NCBI GenBank assembly: GCA_963770935.1
Contig: CAVYRJ010000001.1
Coordinates: 183,393 to 247,392 of the forward strand
Length of the DNA stretch: 64,000 nt
Source of the DNA: Candidatus Bathyarchaeota archaeon
Lineage (GTDB): Archaea; Thermoproteota; Bathyarchaeia; Bathyarchaeales; Bathycorpusculaceae
Direction: 5' to 3'
Below, one piece after another: positions 1 through 10,290 of this stretch. The position numbers and the translations under genes are program-made. The notes under the pieces are model-generated. The model made no database searches. It was not told where the DNA came from and worked only from the letters and a program-made list of their open reading frames with translations. Numbering within the stretch: the first letter of the stretch is position 1; every line of letters starts with the position of its first letter.

Positions 1-1029
1 AACCATCGTTAAAGAGTTTTCAGAAATAATTGCAAAGAAAATAGGTCTTCCAGTTACTGACAAGAAAGTTGACTCTATAACAAAGAGACTATTTAGAGAT
101 TTCAATTTCTGACAAGGTAGCGGCAACAAAGTTTTTTAGAAAAAGAAGGCCGCTTTAGCTAAAAGGGGAAACCAAACCGATAGCTTTTCTGTTTAATAAA
201 AGAATACAAAAATTTCATTTATCAATTCCAAGTTCTAGCATCTATATGAGTTTTGATGAACCATTTGAAATGCTGAGCAAACATCGCGAAAAAGTCAGTT
301 TCAAAAAATCATATGCCTCTTGATATGTCGGACTGCTCTTACATCAGATAGGTGGCGGGTGTCTAAGTCTAGGAACTTACTAATATGTTATTTTTTTTTA
401 TAAGTTTATGCACAGGTTTGAAGCTTAGAAGGCAACACGGATAAGGAGCGCAGGATAGTCTAATAGTAAAGGAGGGCAATCAAAATAAAAACAAAAGCGA
501 AAAACAAACCGAAAGATCAGAAAAAAATAAATCAAACAAAAAACAAAGGAAAAAAGGAATGGAAACAGAGATAAAAAGCAGATAAAATCAAAAACAAGCT
601 TTAACCATTTGCTTATGAACATTTCTTGCTCTATTGTCTAGCAGATATTTCATTAAGAAATACTTAATGTCGTTAACGCGTTTATTTTTATTTTCGTTTT
701 TTAGTTTTTTTCTTTGTGTGGGTGTGGCGTCCTAAAATTGCACACCACACTCGAGGCTTTAGAAACGTTTGCTTTCCCGGTTAGGTTGCTTCCATTTGTA
801 TTTTGAGTTTACAAAGAGGATTTGTTCAACACATTCAACATGGAATTTATGTTGAACAGTGTGAATGTGAGTGTGCAAGCATGTTAACAACTCCATTCCT
901 ATGTCTTAAATGGGAATTGTTCCTAAAAAATCCGAAAATATTAGTCCCAACTTATGGCAGTGTCATCCGCTGCAGGGTTAAAGCAAAAAGCACTAAATGA
1001 GCGAATCGGTGTTGCTGCTCTTAAAAGGT

Positions 1030-1108
1030 TGGCGGGCCCGCTGGGATTTGAACCCAGGACCTCCGGCTCCGCAGGCCGGTGTCATAATCCGTACTAGACG
1101 ACGAGCCC
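1030..1108 (-). tRNA. tRNA-Arg(GCG), CCA encoded
   Basis: Reverse complement GGGCTCGTCGTCTAGTACGGATTATGACACCGGC-CTGCGGA-GCCGGAGGTCCTGGGTTCAAATCCCAGCGGGCCCGCCA folds as a cloverleaf; anticodon GCG. Confidence 0.95.
1088..1108 (+). repeat. att repeat (left), equals tRNA nt 1-21
   Basis: TCCGTACTAGACGACGAGCCC, identical to 19984-20004. Confidence 0.93.
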
Positions 1109-1803
1109 CCAGCACTGGATTATGCTACAAATACGAAACAGAGATAATAAAAACGTTGCTTACGATGCGGAGCAACGGATTGAAAGAAGGCACACTTAGA
1201 GCAGTCAACTATCAGCTAAAATACTTAGACAGAAATGCAGACCTAAAGAACCGTGATGAAGTGAAAGTGTTTATAGCATCGATGAAGCAAGCAAACAGCT
1301 ACAAGCAATGTGTGGTTAAAGCATACAATTATTTTGCAGACACAAATGGAATTAATCGCATAGAAACTCATTTCAAATACCAAAGAAAAATTCCATTGAT
1401 ACCTTCTAGCGAGAATGTAAATAAAATAATTTCAGCATCAAGCAAAAAATACGAAACCATATTTAGAATATTAGACGAAACCGGTTTAGAAGAACAAGAA
1501 CTAAGAAACGTCACACGAAACGACATAGACACCGAAAAAGGGATAATAAACGCTCAAGGATGCAAAAACCACAAATCACGCTCATTCAAACTAAAACCAG
1601 AAACTGCAGAAATGCTAAGACCTTACCTGTTCAAGTATTCAGATTTTCGACCATTTCCAGAAACGCACTACATGAGCGAAATATGGGCGAGAACAAGAAA
1701 CAAGTTAGCAGATAAACTGCAACAACCAGAACTCAAGAAAATACCGCTGAGAAATCTTAGACACAAATTCGCAACACTTACCTACGATAAAACTAAAGAT
1801 TAG
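1109..1803 (+). pseudogene. Tyrosine recombinase/integrase, C-terminally truncated
   Basis: ILDETGL, KNHKSR and LRNLRHKFAT motifs; stops at YDKTKD* before the LGH...Y catalytic region. True start is uncertain because the ORF-track start 997 runs through the tRNA antisense. Confidence 0.85.
1144..1160 (-). promoter_or_regulatory. Candidate BRE/TATA for tRNA-Arg embedded antisense in the integrase 5' region
   Basis: Minus strand AGCAACGTTTTTATTAT at -52..-36 from the tRNA 5' end; 14/17 identical to the block at the same offset beyond the right att (20040-20056); the tRNA-Glu TATA-like box sits at a similar distance (about -47). Confidence 0.5.
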
Positions 1804-2936
1804 CCTACAGTATCAAACCAGGAGAAGAAGGACGTATAGTATGGATTCAAAATCGAACATCTATGTTTGACGTAGCACAGGGACCACAAATATACAAAGA
1901 CGGAATCTATTGGAAAGGCGACCAAGCAACATTAAAATGGTCATACTACGATGCTACAACAGGCAATTACTTGGGTGATACTGAACCAATCGATAATGGC
2001 TTAGCCATCTATTCAATGTCAGGACGATCCGTTCTAGCCTACAACAACCTCTACAGCACAGGCTACGACGGGTATGTACGTGCGTGGAATCAAACAGGAG
2101 ACAACATATGGCAATGGTACGCTGGAAGCGCTGGATACGATACACCATATGGTTCATGGCCACTGCAGGGATCATACACTGGCCCAAAGGCAGCTGATGG
2201 AAAGATTTTCGTTGCAAACGGCGAACACACCCCAATGAACGAGTTATGACGAGGCGGCAGACTTTACGCAATAAATGCAACAACAGGAGAAGAAGTCTGG
2301 AGCATATCAGGAACACAGGCTGAAGCTTCTCCAATGGGAGTAGCTTGGGGCACTCTAGTTTACCTCAACGGATACGATGGAAAAGTGTATTGTTTTGGAA
2401 AAGGACAAAGCAGCACTACAGTTTCAGCGCCTCAAACAGCCGTAACACTCGGGCAGCAAATAGTGATAACTGGAACAGTTATGGATCAATCGCCAAATCA
2501 AGAAAACACTCCAGCCATATCAGATGAGAGCATGAGTGCTTGGATGGAATACCTACACATTTAACAACCGATTCCCACTAATGCCACAGGAGTTGAAGTA
2601 ACACTAGATGTGATCGATTCCAACGGAAACTTCAGAAACATTGGAAAAGTTACATCCGACATTACAGGTTCTTATGGCTATACATGGCAGCCTGATATTG
2701 CGGGGCAGTATCAGCTCATCGCTACGTTCGCTGGATCAGAATCTTACGGTAGTTCGCGTGCACAGACCTATTTCTCTGCAGTCGATGTCCCGCAGGCGAC
2801 ACCTACTTCTCAGCCAGTGCAAGTTGATATGGCTACTCAAGCTGACCTAATGCTCTATGTCGGCGCTTCTACAATCGCTATAGTTTTAGCAATAGCTGTG
2901 ACCGGAATGCTAATGATCAGAAAAAGAACTAATTAG
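1800..2936 (+). pseudogene. C-terminal half of secreted PQQ-like beta-propeller protein with TM anchor; 5' deleted, two in-frame stops
   Basis: ORFs 1863, 2334 and 2610 are one frame, broken by TGA (2247; W in the intact paralog) and TAA (2562; Q in paralogs); motifs YCFGKG, PAISDESMSAWMEY, DSNGNFRNIG and FAGSESY are shared with 26895-29489. Confidence 0.9.
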
Positions 2937-3221
2937 CAATTAACCGTTCCCTCCTTTTTTTATTTAAACTTACAACATATTCGATAGGCGTTGACATTTC
3001 CATTATCGCCAAATCGGGTATTTTGCTCAAGCACTTATTCACGAAAGTCCGATCAAAAGTAATCAATCGAATTTTCCTCCACACATGGGGCATTGTTTCT
3101 TTATTGTGTTTGAAGGTGTTGGAAGTTGGAAATTAATAATCCTGCTAAGTAAGAAGCGCCTAATTAGTGAATTAGAATAGGGCTTTTATAATCATTAAAT
3201 AAATTATATTGAGAACTGAAT

Positions 3222-3365
3222 TTGCCAATTTACTACACTTGCAGAAAATGCAGAAAAGACTATTCAAAAGAAGAATATTCGCATGACAAATTCTGCAAGG
3301 AATGCGGTTCATTCCTTCTGTTGTACATTCAAGAAAGAGCAGAAGCAAGCAGCAGTTCAAACTAA
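3222..3365 (+). CDS. Zn-ribbon (CRKC...CKECG), probably the frameshifted N-terminus of the downstream YprB-like gene
   Basis: TTG-initiated MPIYYTCRKCRKDYSKEEYSHDKFCKECGSFLL overlapping 3302 in another frame. Confidence 0.6.
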   Translation: MPIYYTCRKCRKDYSKEEYSHDKFCKECGSFLLLYIQERAEASSSSN

Positions 3366-4456
3366 CTCAAACTGCTCCTCCTGAAAGGTTTGCGCTACAA
3401 AGAGCGGCTGAAAGCCTTCGAAGTAGGGTAGGGCGCTCAAGAGATTATGAGGTAGTGCCTGATGCAGAAAAGGAGCAGTCAAAGGGACCTTCGTTTGAGA
3501 GTTGGATGTGGAACTCCGAATTTGATGAAGCATTAAAACTCAAAAGGGTTGTCATGAAAAAATACAAGGGCAAAGACTTGGAAGATGTCATTCCGGGTAA
3601 AGTGGTTTCAAACGAGCAGGGGGAATGCTATGCTGTTTCTGCTTCCTGCACTTCAAACTTCAAGAAAGCCACCTATGAAGATAGTAGACGGATAATAATT
3701 TCTGACCTCAAAGTTCTTTCTGGAATAGGACCTGTTCGAGAGTTGGCACTTCGGGAGCAGGGTTATAACACGATTGAAGACCTTTTGAATCATCCGATTT
3801 GGCAAGATGAAGCTCGCAAATTCATGAAAATCGTGGACAAGAAAGATGTTGATTTAACCCAGAGGTGGCTTTGGCAACGACTGCCTAAATCCCATCCTTT
3901 TCTTCACTATTTGGCTGGGTTTTGTCAGGATCAAGATTTTGCGATAATAGACATTGAGACTTTGGGGCTTTCTGAAAGACCCATAATTCTGTTGGGTATT
4001 GCTAAAATAGATGGAGATAGAATCTGCACAAGCCAGTTTCTTCTCAGGGATATTCCCGATGAGCCTGGAGCTATCTGGGCGCTCGTCTCACAACTTGAAC
4101 CTAAATCGTCACTGATAAGTTACAATGGTAGAAGCTTCGATATTCCATACATAAAACAGAGGCTTGCATACTACGGTTTAGATTCAGCTCTGGACAATAC
4201 CCATTTTGACCTCCTTCATTTCGCCAGAAGAGCACTGCGACCCAAGCTTTCGGATTGCAGGCTTGACACGGTTGAAAAATACATCGGCATAAGAAGAGAC
4301 ATCAACATTCCAGGCGCGTTAGTTCCCCAATTCTACGAAACCTACCTAAAAACCAAAAACGTCGGACCACTGGTTCCCATAGTTGAACACAACAAACAAG
4401 ACTTGCTAACACTCGGTAGCTTATTCTCCAAACTCTATGAGGAATGGAACCTTTGA
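3302..4456 (+). CDS. YprB/MrfB-like RNase H-fold (DEDD) exonuclease with HhH motif
   Basis: LSGIGP HhH; DIETLGL, SYNGRSFDIP, HFDLLH and HNKQDL motifs; overlaps the helicase start. Confidence 0.88.
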   Translation: MRFIPSVVHSRKSRSKQQFKLTQTAPPERFALQRAAESLRSRVGRSRDYEVVPDAEKEQSKGPSFESWMWNSEFDEALKLKRVVMKKYKGKDLEDVIPGKVVSNEQGECYAVSASCTSNFKKATYEDSRRIIISDLKVLSGIGPVRELALREQGYNTIEDLLNHPIWQDEARKFMKIVDKKDVDLTQRWLWQRLPKSHPFLHYLAGFCQDQDFAIIDIETLGLSERPIILLGIAKIDGDRICTSQFLLRDIPDEPGAIWALVSQLEPKSSLISYNGRSFDIPYIKQRLAYYGLDSALDNTHFDLLHFARRALRPKLSDCRLDTVEKYIGIRRDINIPGALVPQFYETYLKTKNVGPLVPIVEHNKQDLLTLGSLFSKLYEEWNL

Positions 4457-6705
4457 TCGACGACTTCATCAAGAACATTAAGCAGATGCAGTCCTACAAG
4501 AAACAAATCGTCCATGTCCAAAAAATTGCTGCTCAAAAAGCAAGCTTTGGCGAATTGGAAAAACCGCTCCCAGAAAACATCCATAACTGCCTACTTAATC
4601 GCGAAATCTCTTTCTACTCGCATCAAGCTGAGGCAATAAACAAAGCACGGCAAGGCAAGAACGTAGTCATAGTTACACCAACTGCATCAGGGAAAACCTT
4701 AGCCTTCAACATCCCAGTCCTTGAAGCTCTAACAGAAGACCCGAAAGCAACTGCACTATACCTCTACCCCACAAAAGCGCTAACAAACGACCAGCTAAAA
4801 GTGCTAAAAGAATTGGAGAAAGAAATAGGAATCAAAGTATCCCCAAACATCTACGACGGGGACACTCCGCAAAGTCAAAGAGCAAGCATCCGCGAAAACT
4901 CAAAAATCATTCTAACCAATCCTTATGGTCTGCATCAGTATTTGCCTTGGCATTATAAATGGCGGACTTTTCTGCAAAACCTAAAATTCATAGTAATAGA
5001 TGAAGCACACGTTTACCGAGGAGTCTTCGGCTCCAACGTAGCCATGCTCCTCAGACGGCTAATGAGAATATGCAGCTATTACCATGCAGAACCCCAAATC
5101 ATACTCTCATCAGCAACTATTGCCAATCCAGAGGAACATGCCAAGAAATTAACTGGAAAAGACTTTGAAATTATCTCCAAAGACGGTGCACCGAAAGGAA
5201 AAAAGACATTCATGTTTTGGAACCCACCATTCATCGATGACAACAATACAATTCGCCGATCCACCCACCAAGAAACCAAAGACCTCTTAACTCTTAGCAT
5301 TCTGAAAAACCTTCAAACTCTATGCTTCACCACATCAAGGCAAATGGCTGAACTCATAACAAGATGGACCAAAGAAGAACTTAGAAAGAGGTCACCAAAA
5401 CTTCAAAACGCAATTACTGCATATAGGGCAGGCTATCTCCCACAAGAGAGAAGACAAATTGAAAACCGACTAAAATACAAAGAATTAATCGGAGTTGTCT
5501 CAACCAATGCTCTTGAACTTGGAATCGACATAGGCTCCTTGGATTCAGTGATAATCTCTGGCTATCCAGGAACAGTCATATCCACTTGGCAACAAGCTGG
5601 ACGTGCAGGCAGAACCGAAGCAGATTCACTGGTTACTCTTGTTGCTTTTCAAAACCCACTTGACCAATACTTCATGAAACATCCAGAAGACTTCTTCGGA
5701 CGACCGCATGAACAAGCTATAATCGATCTGCATAACCAGTACATCTCTCTTGGGCACATAATGTGCGCTGCCAGCGAACTCCCAATAACTGAAGATGACA
5801 AAAGATTCTTCCCAGAACTCTTTTCAGAAAGCATCCAAGCATTGGAAGAGCAGCATCTTGTCAGAAAAACACCCAGAGGATATGTCTACTCAGGAACCGC
5901 AAGACCCGTTGAAGTTGTCAGCCTTGAGAGCATATCCGACAAAACTGTAACTGTCCTTGCCAATGGTAGCGTACTTGAAACGTTAACGCTAAACAAGGCC
6001 TATGAAGAAGTGCATGCGGGCGCAGTTTTGCTGCATCAGGGAGAAACCTTCATTTCCGAAGAACTCAACCTCGAAGATTTAACAGCAAAGGTCAGGCAGG
6101 AAGACGTTAACTACTACACAGAAGCACTGAAAACAGTCGATGTAGCCATAAAGAAGACCTTCGAAGAAAAACAAGACAAGGTCAAGATCGGTCTGGGAGA
6201 ATTAACCATAACCGAAAACTACCACCAATATATCACAAAAACCTACGATGAAATAATCAAGCGACAACCACTCGATTTGCCCCCGTTAACGTTCACAACG
6301 GTCGGCATGTGGTTCTTGATTCCAGACAAACTCAGAGAAGAACTCGACGCCCAAAACCTCGATTTCGACGGCGGACTTCATGCGGTTGAACATGCGATGA
6401 TAGCTATGTCGCCGATATTTGCCATGTGCGACAGATGGGACATAGGCGGATTATCAACGCCCCTTCACCCAGACACCGGAGAACCAACAATCTTTATCTA
6501 TGATGGGTTTGAAGGAGGAATCGGAATATCAGAGAACCTCTACTCAAACATTAAACCACTCTGGGAAAAGACTTTGAAATTGATTGAAAATTGCGAATGC
6601 AAAGACGGATGCCCCTCATGCATTTACTCACCAAAATGCGGCAACGAAAACGAACCACTAGATAAAAAAGCTGCAACTATCATCCTAAGACACTTAACAA
6701 GCTGA
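4444..6705 (+). CDS. YprA/MrfA-like SF2 DEAH helicase with C-terminal DUF1998 (MZB) Zn domain
   Basis: PTASGKT, DEAH, SAT, LELGIDIG, QQAGRAGR and CECKDGCPSCIYSPKC motifs. Confidence 0.95.
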   Translation: MEPLIDDFIKNIKQMQSYKKQIVHVQKIAAQKASFGELEKPLPENIHNCLLNREISFYSHQAEAINKARQGKNVVIVTPTASGKTLAFNIPVLEALTEDPKATALYLYPTKALTNDQLKVLKELEKEIGIKVSPNIYDGDTPQSQRASIRENSKIILTNPYGLHQYLPWHYKWRTFLQNLKFIVIDEAHVYRGVFGSNVAMLLRRLMRICSYYHAEPQIILSSATIANPEEHAKKLTGKDFEIISKDGAPKGKKTFMFWNPPFIDDNNTIRRSTHQETKDLLTLSILKNLQTLCFTTSRQMAELITRWTKEELRKRSPKLQNAITAYRAGYLPQERRQIENRLKYKELIGVVSTNALELGIDIGSLDSVIISGYPGTVISTWQQAGRAGRTEADSLVTLVAFQNPLDQYFMKHPEDFFGRPHEQAIIDLHNQYISLGHIMCAASELPITEDDKRFFPELFSESIQALEEQHLVRKTPRGYVYSGTARPVEVVSLESISDKTVTVLANGSVLETLTLNKAYEEVHAGAVLLHQGETFISEELNLEDLTAKVRQEDVNYYTEALKTVDVAIKKTFEEKQDKVKIGLGELTITENYHQYITKTYDEIIKRQPLDLPPLTFTTVGMWFLIPDKLREELDAQNLDFDGGLHAVEHAMIAMSPIFAMCDRWDIGGLSTPLHPDTGEPTIFIYDGFEGGIGISENLYSNIKPLWEKTLKLIENCECKDGCPSCIYSPKCGNENEPLDKKAATIILRHLTS

Positions 6706-6936
6706 CTTTCATTTACGCTAAAGCAACAAAAAAGAGGGCTATCTCAACCTGAAACGATTTTTCCACTTAGCATAAGAGGTGTCAAAGAGGTTTTTCCAGG
6801 GTTTGCGTTGAGTGATTTTGCAGTTCTGCAGGGTTCGTCTGTTTTGCCTTTGGCATCGTTGTTGTGTGTGAAAGCGCAGCTTCCTCCTCAACTCGGCGGA
6901 TTGCAGAGCAGTATTATTTTTATCGATTGGGGATAA
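6706..6936 (+). pseudogene. N-terminal remnant of an inactive RadA/Rad51-like paralog
   Basis: Frame reads ...IRGVKEVFPGFALSDFAVLQGSSVLPLASLLCVKAQLPPQLGGLQSSIIFIDWG*, resembling Rad51 LCVxxQLPxxxGG..xxxID with a degenerate Walker A. Confidence 0.65.
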
Positions 6937-7086
6937 AATAAAATCTCGAATTTAAAGTCGCTTTTGGGCGAGCCTTCCAGAAGCATTATTGCTTCACTTT
7001 TAACGCTCTTCTACTGTAATTCAAAATCTCTGACTAGTTCATTAGTTCGTCTTACTTAATACAATCCCCGAAGCGGAAGAACAGAT

Positions 7087-7410
7087 ATGAGCACAGCTGA
7101 CACTGAGAAAGACTCTGGGAAAGAGGTTTGTTGTGAATATGCTACAGCTGTGACTGGTTTAGGCGAATTTGAATTATGTATTCGCGAGTGCGGCAATCAA
7201 ACTTGTCCTCAATCTATTTTTTCTAATCCGGCAATCTACGAAAGATGCCCACAGCGGTTGAAGTACAAAAAAGACGGCTTGATTTTGAATCAAAGTGAAC
7301 CGAAAAAGGTTTTTGTTCACGTTCACTCAAAACAAGAGTCTGTACCGAAATTCACCGGTATGAACTGCAACGGCTGCCAATACAAGGCTGGTTCTTATTG
7401 TTGGGGCTAA
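7087..7410 (+). CDS. Small Cys-rich hypothetical protein
   Basis: 107-aa ORF with several Cys clusters. Confidence 0.5.
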   Translation: MSTADTEKDSGKEVCCEYATAVTGLGEFELCIRECGNQTCPQSIFSNPAIYERCPQRLKYKKDGLILNQSEPKKVFVHVHSKQESVPKFTGMNCNGCQYKAGSYCWG

Positions 7411-7455
7411 TGCACAATGAACATTTGGAAAAGAAAACCTGATTGGTGAGGGTTA

Positions 7456-7670
7456 ATGAGTAAGGAAAAAAGCGTATCTTTGCAGTGGATGATGTGAATA
7501 TTTTGAGAATTTTTAGGAGTATTTTGAAAAAGAAGGATACGTAATTGATACGGTTGAGACCGGTAAAGATGCCCTTAAGAAAATCGAAAGGAGAAGTTCA
7601 ACGTGTGCTTAGTTGACGTTAGGCTCCCTGACATGGAAGGAACTGAGCTTCTCCTCGATATGGCAGAGTT
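7456..7670 (+). pseudogene. CheY-like response-regulator receiver domain remnant
   Basis: GGTGAGG RBS + ATG; pieces IFAVDD, EGYVIDTVETGKDALKKI and CLVDVRLPDMEGTELL across several frameshifts. Confidence 0.8.
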
Positions 7671-8184
7671 CTTTTACTTCGGCAATCCAACAAGTATGCG
7701 GCACAAAGCCTAAAGACGAATCAACCATAAAACTCACATGGCTATTTCTCTAATGACTTTAAGAAGCAAGGCGTTGAAACGACTAACACCCGTAATTGAG
7801 AGATAGTTAAAAGTGGAAGGCTGAGGAGCTGACGTTTCTTAGAAATACGTGTTAGCTAACAAGATGACTAATCTAAAAGAAAGCACCATAACGAACAATT
7901 TGAGTTATTGCTCAAATCCTACATGCCTCAATGGGAACAAAGCAAACAAGAACTCAACAACGGCATTCTTAGTTATTCTGAATGGGCAGAGTAGACTTAG
8001 ACTCTTGCTCCACAATGGGGACACTTATCTGCCGTCTCTTTGTAAATATTCTTGCAGTAGGCTCAGCTATTTTTAGTTAAATATTGGCAGTTATTAAATA
8101 AAGCAAAACTCAAAATTACACGTTTCGGGCACTCAATGTAAGACAAATTAAGAACCAAGTGCTATATTATTTAGGTGAATATTT

Positions 8185-8337
8185 TTGCGTAAACAACACA
8201 GACCAGAAGGATCGACAACCTCCTCTCCAAACAGGAGCAGTATAGCAAGAAAAGCAAATGCCGCCAATAGTTCGAGACAGAAGCAAGCCAACGATAATCG
8301 TTCGAGACAGACTCAAGCCGATAATTCAAAGAAGTAA
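8185..8337 (+). CDS. 50-aa polar low-complexity microprotein with an internal 10-aa repeat
   Basis: AGGTGA RBS, TTG start; NSSRQKQAND/NRSRQTQADN encoded by a 30-bp imperfect tandem repeat at 8266-8325. Confidence 0.4.
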   Translation: MRKQHRPEGSTTSSPNRSSIARKANAANSSRQKQANDNRSRQTQADNSKK

Positions 8338-8577
8338 AACAGTATTTTATACTTCTAAATTAAATTTTAATGCGTGGATTGAATATACTGTAATGAAACG
8401 GTTATGCGTTTTCGGCTTAGGCTGTCTACGGTTACTTCAATTCATTTTTTGTGATAGGAAGACTTAAAAAAGCAAGTCAACATAAAACTAAAGGAGAGAA
8501 AGTTTTTGGAAAAAACAGCGACGATTTATTCACTCTTGACTTTTTCGGCGTAGCTTTTTTGATTTTGGTGAAAACAT

Positions 8578-8754
8578 ATGAAAGATTTTAAGTGCCCAAT
8601 ATGTAGTGGGTCAACTGAAAAGATTTGGGAAAATGCAACCAGAACAAGATACGGAATGAGATGTACGAAAGGCCACAATAAAACAGGTGGCAAATCAGAG
8701 GGTTCAAAAGAGTACCCCACATTTCTTGTTCCAAGTGAAGAACTTGGTAAGTAA
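8578..8754 (+). CDS. 58-aa Zn-finger microprotein (CPIC...CxxGH)
   Basis: GGTGA RBS; MKDFKCPICSGS...MRCTKGH; below the ORF-track cutoff. Confidence 0.6.
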   Translation: MKDFKCPICSGSTEKIWENATRTRYGMRCTKGHNKTGGKSEGSKEYPTFLVPSEELGK

Positions 8755-8861
8755 AGAAACTTAGATTCTTTCTTTTTTGTTATGGGTACTAAAATTTAAT
8801 TTGAACCACACCTAAAACTTTTTGAAGGCTAAAGTTGTTTATTTGACAAGGATAAATCTTG

Positions 8862-9026
8862 ATGGATAAAGCTAAAATTAAAGATGAAATGTGCACGTGT
8901 GGGCATCTGAAAAGTGAGCATTCGTATTTTTTAGATAGAGTATGTACTAAACCTAAATGTGAATGTTACAAGTTCGTTTTGAAGGACGAAGAACAAAAGC
9001 CTAATTTTTTAGATTCTGTGTGCTAA
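8862..9026 (+). CDS. 54-aa Zn-finger microprotein (CxCGHxxxxH...CxxxxCxCxxF)
   Basis: MDKAKIKDEMCTCGHLKSEHSYFLDRVCTKPKCECYKF... Confidence 0.6.
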   Translation: MDKAKIKDEMCTCGHLKSEHSYFLDRVCTKPKCECYKFVLKDEEQKPNFLDSVC

Positions 9027-9085
9027 AGCATGAAGATAGATAAACTAATAATCGCTTTGAATGATACTGCTAAGAGGTTCAATAA

Positions 9086-9442
9086 ATGGTAAAAATCAAT
9101 CTGTTGACCTATTTGACTTTCAATTTGAACATGCTCGTTGACAAAGGAAAAGGTATGACGATAAAAGAGACCAGGCAGTTATGCGAAAAAAGAACAATAC
9201 TTCGAGAGTTGCAAGAGCGATTTCCTTTTGCAGAAACACACCTTGACTTATCATTACTGAAACTGCAGCCAGATGCTGAAGAAGAAATTGAGAATATTTT
9301 TTACGATATGGCTACTTCATTAAAAGACAGCGAAATGCTTGTGGGAAACAACGGTTTATGTCTGTTGATTGCATACGCTCAAGAACAGATTCAAAGAGAA
9401 GCAAGAAAACTTGAAGAGAAAAGAGACGACGAAAAAGTCTGA
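9086..9442 (+). CDS. Hypothetical protein (true start probably internal)
   Basis: ORF with natural composition, no recognised motif. Confidence 0.45.
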   Translation: MVKINLLTYLTFNLNMLVDKGKGMTIKETRQLCEKRTILRELQERFPFAETHLDLSLLKLQPDAEEEIENIFYDMATSLKDSEMLVGNNGLCLLIAYAQEQIQREARKLEEKRDDEKV

Positions 9443-9491
9443 TAGCCTAAATCTTTTTCTTCTATAAATCCTATCTTTGGACGATACTAAA

Positions 9492-9626
9492 ATGAACCAA
9501 AAATGCCCCCGATGCGGAACCACAACAACACAAGGCTTGATTTATGATAAGGTACACAAGAACTTACTATGCCAAAAATGCGTGAAAAAACAAAACCCAA
9601 ATTTTAAGGTGCCCCCTCGCAGGTAA
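9492..9626 (+). CDS. 44-aa CPxCG-type Zn-finger microprotein
   Basis: MNQKCPRCGTTTTQGLIYDKVHKNLLCQKCVKK... Confidence 0.6.
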   Translation: MNQKCPRCGTTTTQGLIYDKVHKNLLCQKCVKKQNPNFKVPPRR

Positions 9627-9718
9627 CGTTTGCCGGGTGTTTGTCTGGAGTCAAGAGAGAACTTATTAGCTCACTCACAGAGATAGTGGTTACAACCTCA
9701 ATTGAAAGAGGCTTGTCT

Positions 9719-9844
9719 ATGGCTAAACAAATGGGTTTGAACATGAAAGAAACAAAGAACGGCAACGGTGCTAATCTTGGTTTTGAGGCGAAACTCTGGA
9801 CAGCAGCCGATAAAATGCGCAATAATATGGATGCTCCAGAATGA
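9719..9844 (+). pseudogene. hsdM: N-terminal remnant of type I R-M methyltransferase (HsdM)
   Basis: NGANLGFEAKLWTAADKMRNNMDAPE* is a typical HsdM N-terminus, truncated just before the usual YK. Confidence 0.8.
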
Positions 9845-10290
9845 TGCCTTGAGTGCAAGCAACGTTTTGGAAAAGTAAAAGTCGGCGAAAAAGTATTCTG
9901 TCCGGATGGGACAGCTCATTTAGTCGATATTTAAGATCGTTTTATCTAATCTTAAATGGTTTCAGATTTTCATTTCATTTTTTTTACTCCCAAAACATTT
10001 GCCCTTGCCTTCTATTTGGTCTACGGTGCATTCGCTTGGTTCTTTATCGAAAATAGCGGCTTATTAGTTAAATGAACTCATTTTCTTTAAAAAACTTGGC
10101 ACTTACTTGCTTTAAGATGAATGCGAGCAGTGGCGTCGAATCTAATTGTCTAAACCGCAAAATTATGTATAATAGGTACACCTTTCTTATAGTTAGAGTG
10201 CGAGGATCGCATTATCACTTTTCTAAGCCGCTAAAGCGGGATTTAATGATTCAGTGACGATTCTGGGCAAGTAAATTTTGAGGTGGAAAA

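Noticed and set aside
425-622. Phe-rich minus ORF over an A-rich tract
   Set aside because: Composition artefact of a strand-skewed low-complexity region
997-1108. Integrase N-terminus as given in the ORF track
   Set aside because: It is the antisense reading of the tRNA gene; no support as real coding sequence
2247-2564. Selenocysteine or stop-codon readthrough in the first beta-propeller copy
   Set aside because: The stops are TGA and TAA at Trp and Gln positions of paralogs, and the gene lacks its 5' half: ordinary pseudogene
4444-6705. DISARM/Druantia-type defence system
   Set aside because: The DUF1998 helicase is paired with a YprB nuclease, and no other components of those systems are visible
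8266-8325. Mini-CRISPR array
   Set aside because: Only two imperfect adjacent 30-bp units, no spacers or cas genes; fits a coding repeat
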